In this document: one piece after another, positions 28,771-40,400 of the stretch
Layout: every line of letters starts with the position of its first letter
Numbering within the stretch: position 1 is the stretch's first letter
Origin: Dehalococcoidia bacterium
GTDB lineage: Bacteria; Chloroflexota; Dehalococcoidia; GIF9; AB-539-J10
Assembly (NCBI GenBank): GCA_030612025.1
Contig: JAUWOR010000003.1
Location: 101,492-165,491 of the forward strand
DNA length: 64,000 nucleotides
Reading direction: 5' to 3'
The notes under the pieces: model-generated
What the model saw: the letters and a program-made list of their open reading frames with translations, nothing else
The model's database searches: none
What the model was told of the DNA's origin: nothing
Translations under genes and position numbers: made by a program

Positions 28771-29436
28771 ATGGCTAAAGACTACTATCAAATTCTAGGA
28801 GTGCCAAGAAACGCCTCGGAGGAGGAGGTTAAAAAGGCCTATAGAAAACTGGCGATGCAGTATCATCCAGATCGCAACCCAAGGAGAGAAAAATGGGCTA
28901 ATGAAAAGTTTAAGGAGATAAACGAAGCCTACGGGGTCCTCGGTGAGCCTCAGAAAAGAAGGCAATACGACCAATTTGGCACAGTTGGCAATGTTGGTGA
29001 CATTTTTGGAAGTCCCTTTACCAGGACAACCTTCGAGGATAGTTTGAAGGATTTCAACGGAGCTGGCCTTGGATTTGGTTTTCTGGATAACATATTTGGC
29101 GATTTCCTGCGGGGTAGAGGTTCTTCATTCTCCTTTAAAAATTTCACTAGGCCGGGAGGAGTAAGGTTTGAAGCTTGGCCAGGTGAAAAGATTAATCTCG
29201 ATGAGATATTCGCCCAAACTCAGAGAGCTCACCCCCAAAACATCCACTATGAACTTACAATTTCTCCCAAAGAGGCCTCCCAGGGGACAATAAAATTGCT
29301 GAGAAGAAAAGGAAAAAGGCTGGAAGTGAAAATTCCACCAAGAGTAAAAACAGGAGGTGTAGTCAGACTGAGTAATGCCCGCCAAATAACTGATGGCCAA
29401 CCGGGAGATATCTTGATCCGAATTAGAATAAGTTGA
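28771..29436 (+). CDS. J-domain protein with short DnaJ C-terminal domain (CbpA-like, no Zn finger)
   Basis: [26 protein letters not shown]...GDILI. Confidence 0.88.
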   Translation: MAKDYYQILGVPRNASEEEVKKAYRKLAMQYHPDRNPRREKWANEKFKEINEAYGVLGEPQKRRQYDQFGTVGNVGDIFGSPFTRTTFEDSLKDFNGAGLGFGFLDNIFGDFLRGRGSSFSFKNFTRPGGVRFEAWPGEKINLDEIFAQTQRAHPQNIHYELTISPKEASQGTIKLLRRKGKRLEVKIPPRVKTGGVVRLSNARQITDGQPGDILIRIRIS

Positions 29437-29525
29437 CTCCGCTATTGACCTTGCTGATTAATTTGACAAGGAACAAATAAGCATAATACCTGAAGACGAG
29501 CTTTAAGAAAAGTAAGCGCAGAAAA

Positions 29526-29921
29526 TTAGCGTTTGGTATATTGTGGCGCCTTGCGAGCTCGTTTAAGACCGTATTTCTTGCGCTCTTTGATTCTGGCATC
29601 TCGGGTAAGCAAGCCTTCTTTACGTAGGACAGGTTTAAACAGTTCATTCTCCTTGACCAGAACTCGGGCAATACCATGACGGATGGCTCCAGCTTGACCA
29701 TTCACGCCGCCACCCTCCACCTTCACCGTAACATGAAACTTGCCCCTGGTGTCAGTGACTAGGAGAGGAGATTCAATCATGCGGCGATGCTCAAGGCGCG
29801 AGAAAACCTCTTCATAAGGCTTGCCATTAATTATTATCCCTCCATCCCCAGGAAAAAGCCTGACCTGAGCTATAGCACACTTGCGCTTACCCGTTGCCCA
29901 GATATATCTTTCGTCAGTCAT
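29526..29921 (-). CDS. rpsI: 30S ribosomal protein S9
   Basis: [36 protein letters not shown]. Confidence 0.98.
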   Translation of the reverse strand: MTDERYIWATGKRKCAIAQVRLFPGDGGIIINGKPYEEVFSRLEHRRMIESPLLVTDTRGKFHVTVKVEGGGVNGQAGAIRHGIARVLVKENELFKPVLRKEGLLTRDARIKERKKYGLKRARKAPQYTKR

Positions 29922-30454
29922 AAGTTATCACCTTTCCTTTCTACCACTTCACCTCCCTCGCTCTCTGTAGGTTCTGAGCGCAGCAAAGAATCTCTCGACC
30001 CTTCGCAGAGTTTAGCCTGAGCGAAGAATTCAGGGGAACAAAAAGAAGTCTGGGCATGGTGAGGATGCTCAGACCCAGGATAAACTCTAAGCTTCTTAAA
30101 CATAGCCCTGCCCAAACGATTGTGGGGCAACATGCCCTTAACAGCAAATTCAACAACACGGGTGGGATGGCTAGTAAACACTTCCTTAAAGGTCGGGCTT
30201 TTTAAACCTCCAGGATATCCAGAATGTCTGTAGTAAATCTTTTGCTCAGCTTTCTTCCCAGATACCCTTACTTTAGCAGCATTAATTACCACAACGTAGT
30301 CACCAGTATCAAGATGAGGAGCATAAACTGGCTTATGCTTGCCCATAAGCAACCTGGCTACCTGAGATGCCAACCGGCCCAAAATTTTCCCTGTGGCATC
30401 AACTATGTGCCATTCTCGCTTAATATCCCCAACTCCGGGGCTATAAGTTTTCAT
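29918..30454 (-). CDS. rplM: 50S ribosomal protein L13 with repeat-derived C-terminal extension
   Basis: [29 protein letters not shown], then ~38 extra residues. Confidence 0.96.
   Translation of the reverse strand: MKTYSPGVGDIKREWHIVDATGKILGRLASQVARLLMGKHKPVYAPHLDTGDYVVVINAAKVRVSGKKAEQKIYYRHSGYPGGLKSPTFKEVFTSHPTRVVEFAVKGMLPHNRLGRAMFKKLRVYPGSEHPHHAQTSFCSPEFFAQAKLCEGSRDSLLRSEPTESEGGEVVERKGDNL
29954..30036. repeat. CTGAGCG/CCCTTCG-type palindromic element inside the rplM 3' extension
   Basis: ttctgagcgcagcaaagaatctc...gacccttcgcagagtttagcctgagcgaag; related to 33591 and 57971. Confidence 0.65.
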
Positions 30455-30478
30455 CTTCGACTCCCACAAGCTTCGTAG

Positions 30479-31246
30479 TTAGGACTCAAGCCCAAAAAAG
30501 GGTTTAGAATAATTGACCTTGGCCAGCCATAAGCCACAAGCAGGGGCCCTAGGGCCAGCTAAACCCAAGCTCTTCGCCTCCATAATATCATAGAAATCGC
30601 CAATACCTATTTTCCCTAGACCCAATCTGCTCAAGAGCCCCACTGTATTACGCACCTGATGAGGCAAAAAGGAATCAGCTTCCACATGAAAAATAACAAA
30701 GTCTTCTCTTTTGCTAATCTTTGCTTCGTAAACGTGGCGCACCGTACTTCTCACGCTACCTAAAGAAGTGGCAAAGGACATAAAATCATGCTTACCTTGC
30801 ATAAGCTGACATGCCCTGCTCATAACTTCAATATCTAACATTTTGGGCATAAATAGAGCGAACATTTTGCTGAATGGCGACCTAGTCTCACTATTTAAAA
30901 TATAATAACAATATTCCCGACTTAAAGCATCGCGCCTGACATTGAAATCACTGCTCACCTTATAAGCTGCTTTGACGGCGATATCACCGGGTAAATAATA
31001 GTTTAACGCTTTAACTAATGTCAGTGTACTCAACGCAGGCTTAGCCCAAAAACTTACCACTTGCCCTTTAGCATGCACACCAGCATCGGTTCTACTAGCT
31101 GCCATGACTCGGCTGCTCTGTCCACAAAGCTTTTCTATAGCCCGCTCCAGCTCAGCCTGAATAGTAGGCAAGCCAGCTTGCCACTGAAAGCCATGATACT
31201 GCGTGCCATCATACTCTACAACTAAAACAAATTTTGCAAAGCTCAC
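30479..31246 (-). CDS. truA: tRNA pseudouridine(38-40) synthase
   Basis: [26 protein letters not shown]. Confidence 0.96.
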   Translation of the reverse strand: MSFAKFVLVVEYDGTQYHGFQWQAGLPTIQAELERAIEKLCGQSSRVMAASRTDAGVHAKGQVVSFWAKPALSTLTLVKALNYYLPGDIAVKAAYKVSSDFNVRRDALSREYCYYILNSETRSPFSKMFALFMPKMLDIEVMSRACQLMQGKHDFMSFATSLGSVRSTVRHVYEAKISKREDFVIFHVEADSFLPHQVRNTVGLLSRLGLGKIGIGDFYDIMEAKSLGLAGPRAPACGLWLAKVNYSKPFFGLES

Positions 31247-31599
31247 TGTTTAACCAGTTCGATTTGAGCCATGGGAGCATTATCACCGCGACGAGGCCCC
31301 AATTTCACTAACCGTGTATAGCCCCCAGTTCGGTCAGCATACTCTGAAGCAATCTCGTCAACCAGCTTCTCAACTATCTTTTTATCAGTAATAAAAGCTA
31401 AGGCTCGCCGCCTCGAAGCAAGACTACCATCTTTCCCTAGGGTAATCATCCTTTCAGCTAAGCTCTGAATCTCCTTAGCTTTAGCCTCAGTGGTGGTGAT
31501 CTTCCCATAAGCTAAAAGAGCAGTTACCTGATTTCGGTATAGTGCCCAGCGGTGACCTGAGGGCCTACCTAACTTCCGTCCAGCTACTCGATGCCTCAT
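31243..31599 (-). CDS. rplQ: 50S ribosomal protein L17
   Basis: [27 protein letters not shown]. Confidence 0.98.
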   Translation of the reverse strand: MRHRVAGRKLGRPSGHRWALYRNQVTALLAYGKITTTEAKAKEIQSLAERMITLGKDGSLASRRRALAFITDKKIVEKLVDEIASEYADRTGGYTRLVKLGPRRGDNAPMAQIELVKQ

Positions 31600-32564
31600 T
31601 CCCCTTTCTCTTCTGCCTCAAAATTAATAGGAAAACCTAATTTTGCAACTAGTTCCTCCACCTCGCCTCGAGACTTTGCTCCAAGGCCAGGTAATGGGGG
31701 CAATCCTTCCCTACTCTTCTCCACGAGCTGCCCTAAATTCGAAATGCCGCCTCTCCTTAAACTATTGCGCGCACGAGTAGATAGACCTAATTCGTCTAGA
31801 GGAGTATCATATTGGTCAGGTGGAATTAGCAAACCCCCGCCTAACCTCGCTTGCTCTGCCACTGGAACCTCGAGAGCCCTAAAAGGGACAAGCTGATTAA
31901 TTAAGATATCAGCACTTTGACTAACTGCTTCCCGTGGAGAAATGGTGCCGTCAGTCCAAACTTCCAAGACAAGCCTTTCGGCGCTTCTTTCTTCTCCAAG
32001 TCTGATAGACTCCACCAGGAAATTAGCTTTTTGCACCGGAGTATAAATAGCATCCACTGGCAATGCTCCCACAGGTAGGCCATCAGCTGATTTAGCCGGT
32101 ATATAACCCCTTCCCAATTCCACATTGAGCTCAACATAAAGTTTAGCCTGGGAAGAATCCAAGGTGGCTAAGTAAAGCTCCGGATTAGCAATTTGGAAAT
32201 CTGCCGATGGCTTAATATCAGCAGCGCAAACTTTGCCTTCCCCCTCTACCTCTAGGAACAACTTCCCTGGCTGGTAAGAAAGAGGACGAAGCCTTAGTTC
32301 CCTAACATTCAGCAAGAATTCGATGACATCCTCTTTAACGCAAGGAATGAGGGAAAATTCGTGCTTAATCCCTTCGATCTTGACCCATGTTGTCGCCGCG
32401 CCAGGTAAGGAACTGAGGAGCACACGACGCATGGCATTACCTAGAGTAACGCTAAAACCAGTCTCTAAGGGTTCAGCAACAAAGCGCCCATAATTACCAG
32501 CGCTTTCAACACACTTTATTATTGGTATAGGTAGCTCCAACAGTAAATAGTCCTCCTGTATCAC
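31596..32564 (-). CDS. rpoA: RNA polymerase alpha subunit
   Basis: [32 protein letters not shown], alpha-CTD; exact start uncertain. Confidence 0.96.
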   Translation of the reverse strand: MIQEDYLLLELPIPIIKCVESAGNYGRFVAEPLETGFSVTLGNAMRRVLLSSLPGAATTWVKIEGIKHEFSLIPCVKEDVIEFLLNVRELRLRPLSYQPGKLFLEVEGEGKVCAADIKPSADFQIANPELYLATLDSSQAKLYVELNVELGRGYIPAKSADGLPVGALPVDAIYTPVQKANFLVESIRLGEERSAERLVLEVWTDGTISPREAVSQSADILINQLVPFRALEVPVAEQARLGGGLLIPPDQYDTPLDELGLSTRARNSLRRGGISNLGQLVEKSREGLPPLPGLGAKSRGEVEELVAKLGFPINFEAEEKGE

Positions 32565-33190
32565 CTTGAATAATACTCAACGATAGCTTTCCCATCAAAT
32601 TTGGGGTCAATGTCATCTTTACCAGGCAAAGCTAGAACGCTGCCCGTCATTCCTTCTTCATCTAAACTTAGCCAGCCAGGTGTAGCGTTCCCTTTGATTT
32701 CCTTGACTAACCTTTGATAGTATTCAGTCCTTTTACTCGCCTCCCGCCACTCAATAACATCTCCTGACTTTACCAGACAGGAAGGTATATCTGTTCTGCG
32801 CCCATTAACGAGGATATGACCATGCCGAACTACTTGCCTAGCTTGGGCACGTGAATCGGCAAAACTCAAACGGTAAACTACATTATCTAACCGCCTCTCC
32901 AACAATATAAGAAGGTTCTCCCTGGTAACACCGGAAGCCCTTACCGCTTCAGCGAAGAAACGGCGAAATTGCCGCTCCAGGACACCATAGCTAAAACGAA
33001 CTTTTTGCTTTTCTCGCAATTGAAGCCCCCAATCGGAAATCCTACGCCGCCGCGCCGAGGAATGCCCTCCCGGAGGAATATTCCTCCTCCCTAGGGGGCA
33101 CTTAGGACTAGAACATTTCTCCCCCTTAAGCATCAGCTTCTCACCAAGATAACGACATAAGCGACAACGGGGTCCTGTATAACGTGCCAT
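32561..33190 (-). CDS. rpsD: 30S ribosomal protein S4 (Zn-binding type)
   Basis: [33 protein letters not shown]. Confidence 0.98.
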   Translation of the reverse strand: MARYTGPRCRLCRYLGEKLMLKGEKCSSPKCPLGRRNIPPGGHSSARRRRISDWGLQLREKQKVRFSYGVLERQFRRFFAEAVRASGVTRENLLILLERRLDNVVYRLSFADSRAQARQVVRHGHILVNGRRTDIPSCLVKSGDVIEWREASKRTEYYQRLVKEIKGNATPGWLSLDEEGMTGSVLALPGKDDIDPKFDGKAIVEYYSR

Positions 33191-33192
33191 TT

Positions 33193-33582
33193 TTACACCC
33201 TTCTTCTTCCACGGGGACGACAGCCATCATGAGGAATAGGAGTCACGTCTCTGATTTTGGTAATAGTGAGCCCGGAGGCCTGTAAAGCACGGATAGCTGC
33301 CTCACGCCCACTGCCAGGACCTTTAATGTAAACTTCAACTCGGCGTAGACCATCGCTGATTGCCCGCCGCGATGCCTCACGAGCGGCTAATTGAGCAGCA
33401 TAAGGAGTACCTTTCCTTGAGCCTTTAAATCTGACCGTGCCCGAACTCCCCCAAGTAATAACATTGCCCTCCATATCAGTAATGGTAACAATAGTATTAT
33501 TAAAAGTAGATTGGATATAAGCTTTGCCTTCACTTATCCCTCTACGCACCTTCTTTCCCGTCTTAGTTCTCTTTTTTGGCAT
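33193..33582 (-). CDS. rpsK: 30S ribosomal protein S11
   Basis: [28 protein letters not shown]. Confidence 0.98.
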   Translation of the reverse strand: MPKKRTKTGKKVRRGISEGKAYIQSTFNNTIVTITDMEGNVITWGSSGTVRFKGSRKGTPYAAQLAAREASRRAISDGLRRVEVYIKGPGSGREAAIRALQASGLTITKIRDVTPIPHDGCRPRGRRRV

Positions 33583-33590
33583 TTGCTACC

Positions 33591-33617
33591 TGATCCTTCG
33601 CTTTGCTCAGGACAAGC
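33591..33617. repeat. Short palindromic element between rpsM and rpsK
   Basis: gatccttcgctttgctcaggacaag; same family as 50544 and 57971. Confidence 0.55.
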
Positions 33618-33621
33618 CTCC

Positions 33622-34014
33622 TTACTTCTTCTTAGCTAGACCGCGTCTCTGACCTCTGCCAGCCACCGTCTTCCTTGCGCCCCTTTTAGTGCGAGCATTA
33701 GTGCGTGTCCTTTGCCCATGAACTGGTAAATTCACGCGATACCTTATACCTCGAGAGCAACCAATATCAATAAGCCGCTTTATATTAAAGTGAACTTCTC
33801 TCCTGAGGTCACCTTCCACCTTATATTGGTTACCAACAATACCCCTTAGCTGGCTAACCTGTTCCTCAGTAAGATCTTTAACTCTGATTTTGGGATCAAC
33901 CTCAGCAGCGGTTAAAATCTGCTGACTCGATGTCGCACCAATGCCATAAATGGATTGCAAAGCTACTTTAACTGGCTTATCCTTGGGAAGATCTACGCCA
34001 GCGATACGCGCCAT
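33622..34014 (-). CDS. rpsM: 30S ribosomal protein S13
   Basis: [23 protein letters not shown]. Confidence 0.98.
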   Translation of the reverse strand: MARIAGVDLPKDKPVKVALQSIYGIGATSSQQILTAAEVDPKIRVKDLTEEQVSQLRGIVGNQYKVEGDLRREVHFNIKRLIDIGCSRGIRYRVNLPVHGQRTRTNARTKRGARKTVAGRGQRRGLAKKK

Positions 34015-34098
34015 TATCTACTCCTCGCCCACAAAAAATCTTTGATCTTGGCCAGAACCTGCGTTCCCAAGAAAATGCTTGTATTTTCTTGGGCCGGA

Positions 34099-34212
34099 TT
34101 AACCTTGTCTCTGTTTATGCCTTGGATTCTCACAGATAACCCTAACAACACCCTTCCTCCTGATAATCTTGCACTTACTGCAGCGACGCTTGACTGAAGC
34201 ACTTACTTTCAT
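34099..34212 (-). CDS. rpmJ: 50S ribosomal protein L36 (not in the ORF track)
   Basis: [37 protein letters not shown]. Confidence 0.97.
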   Translation of the reverse strand: MKVSASVKRRCSKCKIIRRKGVVRVICENPRHKQRQG

Positions 34213-34275
34213 TCCCAATCACCAAAATAAAACCTTCTTATATTAAACTTTCCTGATCACCCTGTCAAAGCAAAG

Positions 34276-34494
34276 CTACCTAAGCCGGTAGGTAACCCGG
34301 CCACGACTCAAGTCATAAGGAGAAAGCTCCACTAAAACCCTATCTCCAGGCAGAATCTTAATATAATGCTTCCTCATCCTTCCTGAAATATGTGCCAGTA
34401 CCATATGGCCATTAGCTAACTCGACACGAAACATAGTGTTAGGTAAGCATGCAATTACTTTACCTTCAACTTCTATCCTTTCCTTTTTAGCCAT
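34276..34494 (-). CDS. infA: Translation initiation factor IF-1
   Basis: [11 protein letters not shown]...LAHISGRMR...ILPGDRV...SPYDL. Confidence 0.98.
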   Translation of the reverse strand: MAKKERIEVEGKVIACLPNTMFRVELANGHMVLAHISGRMRKHYIKILPGDRVLVELSPYDLSRGRVTYRLR

Positions 34495-34495
34495 C

Positions 34496-35233
34496 TTAAG
34501 CCAGTATCTCAGCTTCGCCATCAGCAATAGCAATGGTATGTTCAAAGTGCGCTGAAAGGCTTCCATCGATTGTTAGCACCGTCCATTGGTTGGGAGCCAA
34601 TCTAGTACGCCAATCTCCAGCATTGACCATGGGTTCAATAGCTAAGGTCATGCCCTTGCGGAGTAAGGGCCCTTTGCTAAAGGCAAAATTAGGTACCTGT
34701 GGCTCCTCATGCAATTCCCGGCCCACTCCGTGCCCAGTGTATTCTCTAACCACAGAAAACCATCTTGATTCAACGTAATTTTGAATAGCAGTCGAAATGT
34801 CCCCAACATGGGCTCCACAGTTAGCTTGAGCAATGCCTACCCTTAAGCTGCCTTCAGTAACCGCTATAAGCTCCTTAGCTTGGGCGCTTATCTTGCCGAC
34901 GCCAACCGTTATAGCGGCATCTGTGTGAAAGCCGTTATAGCTAACTCCTAAATCCAAAGAGACAATATCCCCTTCCCGTAATACTCGCTCACCGGGAATG
35001 CCGTGAACTACCTCATCATTCACTGAAACACATAAATTGGCCGGGAAGCCTTGGTAGTTTTTAAAGGAAGGCTTAACTCCCTTTTTCTGTGATTCTTCAG
35101 CCATGATGGCATCCAACTGGCAAGTTTTAACCCCCGGTTTTATTTCCATTCTTAATCTATCCAAAATAGTTGCTAAGATTTTGCCACATTGCCGCATAAT
35201 AGCTATTTCCTCAGGAGACTTTATGATTATCAC
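34496..35233 (-). CDS. map: Type I methionine aminopeptidase
   Basis: [34 protein letters not shown]. Confidence 0.97.
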   Translation of the reverse strand: MIIIKSPEEIAIMRQCGKILATILDRLRMEIKPGVKTCQLDAIMAEESQKKGVKPSFKNYQGFPANLCVSVNDEVVHGIPGERVLREGDIVSLDLGVSYNGFHTDAAITVGVGKISAQAKELIAVTEGSLRVGIAQANCGAHVGDISTAIQNYVESRWFSVVREYTGHGVGRELHEEPQVPNFAFSKGPLLRKGMTLAIEPMVNAGDWRTRLAPNQWTVLTIDGSLSAHFEHTIAIADGEAEILA

Positions 35234-35882
35234 TCACTTCCCCTCTTAACACAGAGATTACTTCCCTGGCTACCTCTTGTATTCCTAAATTGCCATTGAC
35301 CTCGATTAGCTTGTTCTGCTTCCTATAATAATCAAGGATAGGAGCAGTCTGGGCAAAGAAAACTTCCAATCGCTCCCTCACCGTCTCCTCATTATCATCG
35401 GGACGTTGGTACAATTCACCACCACACTTATCGCATTTCCCTTGTACTTTAGGTGGTGAAGTTACCAAGTGATATGGTGTTTGACAATTGCGGCAAAGCC
35501 ACCTTCCACTAAGGCGTTTCAAAAACTCTTCCTTAGTTACCTGAATATATATTGCTTTAGCGATACTTTTCCCTTGTTCAGCTAAGGCTTTGTCTAAAAC
35601 TTCAGCTTGTTCTAAAGTTCGAGGGAAACCATCGAAAAGACAACCAGAGATACAATCAGGCAAGCTAATCCTTTCCAGAACCATCCTGATCGCTATTTCA
35701 TCAGGAACTAATCTCCCTTCTTCCATATAGGATTTGGCTAATAGCCCCAATTCTGACTTCTTCTCTAATGCCTGCCGAAACAGGTCACCAGAAGCTATGC
35801 GCGGCAAATTCGTCTCTCGGGACAGGATTCCTGCTTGAGTCCCCTTACCTGCTCCTGGAGCCCCTAAGATAATAATATACAT
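35211..35882 (-). CDS. adk: Adenylate kinase
   Basis: GAPGAGKGTQ, DGFPRT, Zn-lid CRNC...CDKC. Confidence 0.97.
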   Translation of the reverse strand: MYIIILGAPGAGKGTQAGILSRETNLPRIASGDLFRQALEKKSELGLLAKSYMEEGRLVPDEIAIRMVLERISLPDCISGCLFDGFPRTLEQAEVLDKALAEQGKSIAKAIYIQVTKEEFLKRLSGRWLCRNCQTPYHLVTSPPKVQGKCDKCGGELYQRPDDNEETVRERLEVFFAQTAPILDYYRKQNKLIEVNGNLGIQEVAREVISVLRGEVSDNHKVS

Positions 35883-35884
35883 CG

Positions 35885-35989
35885 AAAGAAAATCAAAAAT
35901 TACACATCAAAAGTCAAAATTACAGATTAAAAATTAAATTTTTAACTTTTGCATTTTTCATTTTTATTTTTGCATTTTTATCTTTGACT
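35885..35989. repeat. AT-rich heptamer inverted-repeat element filling the secY-adk spacer
   Basis: aaaatca/aaaatta/aaagtca... then ttttgca/tttttca/tttttat... Confidence 0.8.
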
Positions 35990-37315
35990 TTATTTCAAGA
36001 AACCTTCGTAGCGGCGCATAGTTAGCTGAGCTTCCAGTTGCTTCATAGTATCTAAGGCAACGCCAACGGCTATAAGCAAGGCAGTACTGGAAATTGTCAA
36101 CATAGTGACGTTAGTAATTTCCCGGGCGATGAAAGGCATTATCGCTATTATGGCTAGAAAGAAAGCACCACCAAAGGTAAGGTGCTTTATGACGCGATTC
36201 AAATAATCAGCAGTTGCCTTCCCTGGTCGAACCCCGGGAATAAAGCCACCCTGCTGCTGTAAAGTTCTAGGCAAATTCATTTGTTCAAACATAATCATTG
36301 TGTAAAAGAAAGTGAAGCCAATTACTAAGGCGAAGTATAACCCCCAATAGATTAGACCCCCAGGGAGAGGAGCATCCATCCTAAAAAGGTTATACATTGT
36401 GTTCCAAAAATTTGGACCCTGGCCTGTAGGATTCATGAACCAAGTTGCTATTGTCGCTGGAAACTGCATCAGCGCAATAGCGAAAATAAGGGGGATCATT
36501 CCGGCCGTGTTTACCCGCAGGGGAATATGAGTTGACCCTGATTGTCGATACATACGGCCACTGCGAAAAGTGCTACGCGCGTATTGAACAGGGATACGGC
36601 GGTGAGCTTCGATAAACATAACTATGAAAACCAAAGTGGCCAGGCCAAGTATAATAAAGGTAATCAGGCCCAAAGGATCCTCCTTAGCCAAAAAACCACG
36701 CCCAATCATCTCGGGCAGACTAGCTACAATGCCAGCGAAAATTATTATCGATATTCCGTTACCGATGCCTCGCTCAGTGATTAATTCGCCCAGCCAGACA
36801 AGAAATACTGTGCCAGCAGTGATCGAGATCACGGTAGCAGCAGTAACTGGAGCCTCAAGGTATCCAATGACATTTTGACTGCGCAGTAAGGCTAGCTGAC
36901 CATAGCTTGACAGAGCGGCCAAAGGCACAGTAAACAAATGGGTAATGCGATTTATCTTGCGTTGACCAACTTCTCCTTCTTGAGCAATGCTTTGAAGCCT
37001 GGGGATAACTGGAACCAATAGCTGCATAATGATAGAAGCAGTAATGTAAGGATAAACACCCAAGGCAGCCACACTAAAATTCCTCATAGCACCACCGCTG
37101 AAGAGGTCAAGCATGCCTAAAAGCTGATTCTGCTCAAATGTTTCGGCAAGTTTTTGCAAAACTTCAGTGGTTACCATAGGTGCCGGAACATGAACCATGA
37201 AGCGGAAAACCACCAAGATACCAAGGGTAAAGAGGATCCTTCGCCTCAAATCTGGCAATGTAAAAATAGCCATCATGGCCTGGATGAGGCGTGGTTGATT
37301 TTCTCGACGCTGCAT
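35990..37315 (-). CDS. secY: Preprotein translocase SecY
   Basis: LGVYPYITASII, GIGNGISIIIF, NTAGMIP, FIPGVRPG. Confidence 0.98.
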   Translation of the reverse strand: MQRRENQPRLIQAMMAIFTLPDLRRRILFTLGILVVFRFMVHVPAPMVTTEVLQKLAETFEQNQLLGMLDLFSGGAMRNFSVAALGVYPYITASIIMQLLVPVIPRLQSIAQEGEVGQRKINRITHLFTVPLAALSSYGQLALLRSQNVIGYLEAPVTAATVISITAGTVFLVWLGELITERGIGNGISIIIFAGIVASLPEMIGRGFLAKEDPLGLITFIILGLATLVFIVMFIEAHRRIPVQYARSTFRSGRMYRQSGSTHIPLRVNTAGMIPLIFAIALMQFPATIATWFMNPTGQGPNFWNTMYNLFRMDAPLPGGLIYWGLYFALVIGFTFFYTMIMFEQMNLPRTLQQQGGFIPGVRPGKATADYLNRVIKHLTFGGAFFLAIIAIMPFIAREITNVTMLTISSTALLIAVGVALDTMKQLEAQLTMRRYEGFLK

Positions 37316-37316
37316 T

Positions 37317-37760
37317 CTAAGCCCTCTCTACCTTTCCCCCTGCGGCAACAATCTTCTTCTCCGCAGCAACAGAGAATTTGTCAGCCTTGACTAACACTGG
37401 GTGATGAATATCACCATCACCAAGAATTTTAACCGGATGAGCAAGAGACTTAATTAATCCTGCTTTAAGCAGTCCCTTTGGATTTACCTCGCTTCCCGGT
37501 GGGAAAATACTAAGCTTACCCACATTTACAATATTATATTCGGTTTTAAAGATGTTAGTGAAACCCCTTTTTCTTGGCAGTCGTTTTATGAGAGGCAACT
37601 GACCACCTTCAAACCCAAGACGCACACCACCTCCAGAGCGAGCTTTTTGCCCTTTACAACCTCGCCCGGAATAAGTGCCATGCCCACTACCATCCCCTCG
37701 GCCTACACGCTTCCTTCCATGCTTAGCCCCTAAAGGAGACCTTAATTCATTCTGTCTCAT
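37317..37760 (-). CDS. rplO: 50S ribosomal protein L15
   Basis: RVGRGDGSGHG, GFEGGQLPL. Confidence 0.97.
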   Translation of the reverse strand: MRQNELRSPLGAKHGRKRVGRGDGSGHGTYSGRGCKGQKARSGGGVRLGFEGGQLPLIKRLPRKRGFTNIFKTEYNIVNVGKLSIFPPGSEVNPKGLLKAGLIKSLAHPVKILGDGDIHHPVLVKADKFSVAAEKKIVAAGGKVERA

Positions 37761-38277
37761 TTCCCTTAACCTTTTGAGCCTCAAAGTTTGCCTCTTTGCG
37801 TTTCCTTAAGCTAGCCAAAGCAAGCATGGTCGCCTTGACCACATTAACCTTGTTAGCACTACCCAGAGATTTACTAATAATGTCTTTTATGCCTGCCAAT
37901 TCAAGCACGGCCCGAACTGTATTGCTAGCAACCATGCCAGTGCCATATGCCGCTGGTTTAAGTAAAATCTTAGACGCCTCAAACTTAGCTAAAACTTCAT
38001 GAGAAATAGTAGTGTTCACAATGGGTACTTCAATCAGTTCTTTCCGCGCTACAGCGCCAGCCTTACGGATTGCCTCAGGAACGCCAGTTGCTTTAGCCAA
38101 ACCAACCCCTACGTGCCCTTTGCCATCACCAACTGCCATTAAGGCTCGGAAATGAAGCCGCCTGCCCCCTTTAACCACTTTGGTTACGCGATCAATAGCT
38201 ATTAATTTCTCCTCAAGCTCCAAATCTGAAGCATCGACTTTAGCCCTTTTGCCAATCACTTTAGTAACCGCTTTCAT
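37747..38277 (-). CDS. rpsE: 30S ribosomal protein S5
   Basis: RVTKVVKGGR, LKPAAYGTG, KSLGS. Confidence 0.97.
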   Translation of the reverse strand: MKAVTKVIGKRAKVDASDLELEEKLIAIDRVTKVVKGGRRLHFRALMAVGDGKGHVGVGLAKATGVPEAIRKAGAVARKELIEVPIVNTTISHEVLAKFEASKILLKPAAYGTGMVASNTVRAVLELAGIKDIISKSLGSANKVNVVKATMLALASLRKRKEANFEAQKVKGNETE

Positions 38278-38288
38278 AATACGTCAAC

Positions 38289-38660
38289 TCAAAATTCTAA
38301 CCCAACTTTCCTAGCAGCGTCAGCCAGAGCCTTGATTCTACCGTGATATTTATAACCACGTCGATCAAAAACCACGCAATTGATCCTTTCCTCTAATGCT
38401 TTTTGAGCAAGCATCGAACCGAGAAGCTCGGCTTTCTTCACTTTCACCATCCCTCCAACCTTGTCTCTCACTTCAGGATCAAGGGTGCTCATTGAAACTA
38501 AGGTTTGCCCTTTAGAATCATCGATAATCTGGGCATAAATATGATTCAAACTTCGAAAGACGCATAACCGTGGTCGCAAGGCAGTACCAATTACTTTCTT
38601 TCTTACTCTCCTATGCCGTACTTTTTGAGCTAGCCTTGAACCCATGTTAGTTGACTGCAT
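38289..38660 (-). CDS. rplR: 50S ribosomal protein L18
   Basis: [27 protein letters not shown]. Confidence 0.97.
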   Translation of the reverse strand: MQSTNMGSRLAQKVRHRRVRKKVIGTALRPRLCVFRSLNHIYAQIIDDSKGQTLVSMSTLDPEVRDKVGGMVKVKKAELLGSMLAQKALEERINCVVFDRRGYKYHGRIKALADAARKVGLEF

Positions 38661-38663
38661 CCA

Positions 38664-39212
38664 CTATTCTTTGGATACCTTACCCACCTTACCAGGTTTA
38701 AGATGTAGCTTCTCCTCAGCGAATTTGATCCCCTTCCCTTTATAGTGATCAGTAGGGCGTATTGCCCGAATCCTAGCTGCTACCTCCCCAACAATTTCTT
38801 TATCACTGCCACCGATATGAATGCGATTTGCCCCTTCAATAGTCGCATTGATACCAAGAGGAAGGGGAAACTCTACAGGGTGACCATATCCAACTCGAAG
38901 TAACAACTTGTCACCAACTTTTTGTGCTCTATAGCCTACGCCGTTTATTTCTAAGACTCTCTCAAAACCTTTGCTCACTCCTTCAACCATATTAGCCAAA
39001 AGGCTACGAGTAAGCCCGTGCAGAGCGCGATGGATTCTGCTATTGCTGGGTCGTGTCACAATCAACTTCCCGTCTTTCAAAGCAATGGAAATATGAGGAG
39101 AAAAATATCGATGTAGCTCTCCCTTATCTCCTTTTACTGTGACCTCACTCCCTTCAACTTTTACCTCGACACCTTGAGGTATAAGGATAGGAAGCAAACC
39201 AATTCGAGACAT
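38664..39212 (-). CDS. rplF: 50S ribosomal protein L6
   Basis: MSRIG, GVGYRA, YKGKGI. Confidence 0.97.
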   Translation of the reverse strand: MSRIGLLPILIPQGVEVKVEGSEVTVKGDKGELHRYFSPHISIALKDGKLIVTRPSNSRIHRALHGLTRSLLANMVEGVSKGFERVLEINGVGYRAQKVGDKLLLRVGYGHPVEFPLPLGINATIEGANRIHIGGSDKEIVGEVAARIRAIRPTDHYKGKGIKFAEEKLHLKPGKVGKVSKE

Positions 39213-39231
39213 TCACTTCTCCTAAGTTAAC

Positions 39232-39627
39232 CTACCATATGTAGCATAAAACTTCACCGCCAAGGTGACGCCGCCATGCCTCTTGACCAGTCATGATGCC
39301 TTTAGGTGTAGATAAGATAGCAATGCCCAAACCACCGTAGACGCGTGGAATTTCACGCTTTCCGACATAAACCCTCAGACCAGGTTTGCTCGCCCTCTCT
39401 AAGCCTAATAGGGCTGGTTGGCCGTTGACATGCTTAAGTCGGATTTTTATCATTGGCTCTAGTTTACCTCTAAGCACCTCATAATCGTTAATAAAAACTT
39501 CCTCTTTAAGGATTTTAGCGATGGAGAGCTTTACTCGAGACAAAGGCACTAGCACATCATCATGGCCTGCCATGACAGCATTGCGAATCCGAGTCAGCAT
39601 ATCAGCAATGGGATCGGTAACTGTCAT
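39232..39627 (-). CDS. rpsH: 30S ribosomal protein S8
   Basis: [25 protein letters not shown]. Confidence 0.98.
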   Translation of the reverse strand: MTVTDPIADMLTRIRNAVMAGHDDVLVPLSRVKLSIAKILKEEVFINDYEVLRGKLEPMIKIRLKHVNGQPALLGLERASKPGLRVYVGKREIPRVYGGLGIAILSTPKGIMTGQEAWRRHLGGEVLCYIW

Positions 39628-39636
39628 CGAAACTCC

Positions 39637-39822
39637 TTACCAACTCGATTTCCTTACTCCTGGGATTTCACCAGTTAGGGCGAGTTTTCGAAAGCAAATA
39701 CGGCATAGGCCGAATTTACGCATATAAGCACGTGGCCTGCCACACAATTGGCAGCGATTACGTTGTTGCACCTTATATTTTGGTGCTCGTTTTGATTTCG
39801 CAATCTTAGATACCTTTGCCAT
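39637..39822 (-). CDS. rpsN: 30S ribosomal protein S14 (type Z)
   Basis: RCQLCGRP...LCRICFR...PGVRKSSW, 61 aa. Confidence 0.97.
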   Translation of the reverse strand: MAKVSKIAKSKRAPKYKVQQRNRCQLCGRPRAYMRKFGLCRICFRKLALTGEIPGVRKSSW

Positions 39823-39838
39823 CTCCAGTTCCTTCGCT

Positions 39839-40390
39839 TCACGTAGGACTTCGCCTAAAGGGCATGCCCATGAGTTCCAGCAAGCTCCTGGCTTCATCAT
39901 CGTCCTTAGCCGTAGTAACTATGGTCACTTGGAGACCACGAACTTTATCCACCTTACTATAGTCAATTTCAGGGAAAACTATCTGCTCTTTTATGCCTAA
40001 ATTGTAATTACCTTGACCGTCAAAGGAATCCCTTGGTATACCTCGGAAGTCACGAAAACGCGGTAGCACAATATTAACCAACTTATCAAAAAAATCGTAC
40101 ATTCGTTTACCTCGCAGCGTCACCATCATTCCAATGGGCATGCCAGTTCTCAGCTTAAAGGAAGCAATGGACTTCTTAGCTCGCGTGATCACTGGATGCT
40201 GTCCAGAGATCGTAGTTAAGTCCCTCTCCGCTGCTTCAAGAGCTTTAGGGTTTTGTATTGCTTCGCCCAAGCCAATGCTAATCACAATCTTTTCTAGCCT
40301 TGGCAGTTGCATGGCGTTAGTATAACCAAGCCTAGCTTTAAGCTCCGGAACCACCTCTGTCAAATACTTTACTTTCAACCCAGATGCCAT
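39839..40390 (-). CDS. rplE: 50S ribosomal protein L5
   Basis: [25 protein letters not shown]. Confidence 0.97.
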   Translation of the reverse strand: MASGLKVKYLTEVVPELKARLGYTNAMQLPRLEKIVISIGLGEAIQNPKALEAAERDLTTISGQHPVITRAKKSIASFKLRTGMPIGMMVTLRGKRMYDFFDKLVNIVLPRFRDFRGIPRDSFDGQGNYNLGIKEQIVFPEIDYSKVDKVRGLQVTIVTTAKDDDEARSLLELMGMPFRRSPT

Positions 40391-40400
40391 AATTAGCCTG

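Noticed and set aside
34014-34202. 62-aa ORF in the track
   Set aside because: Off-frame shadow of the real rpmJ (34099-34212)
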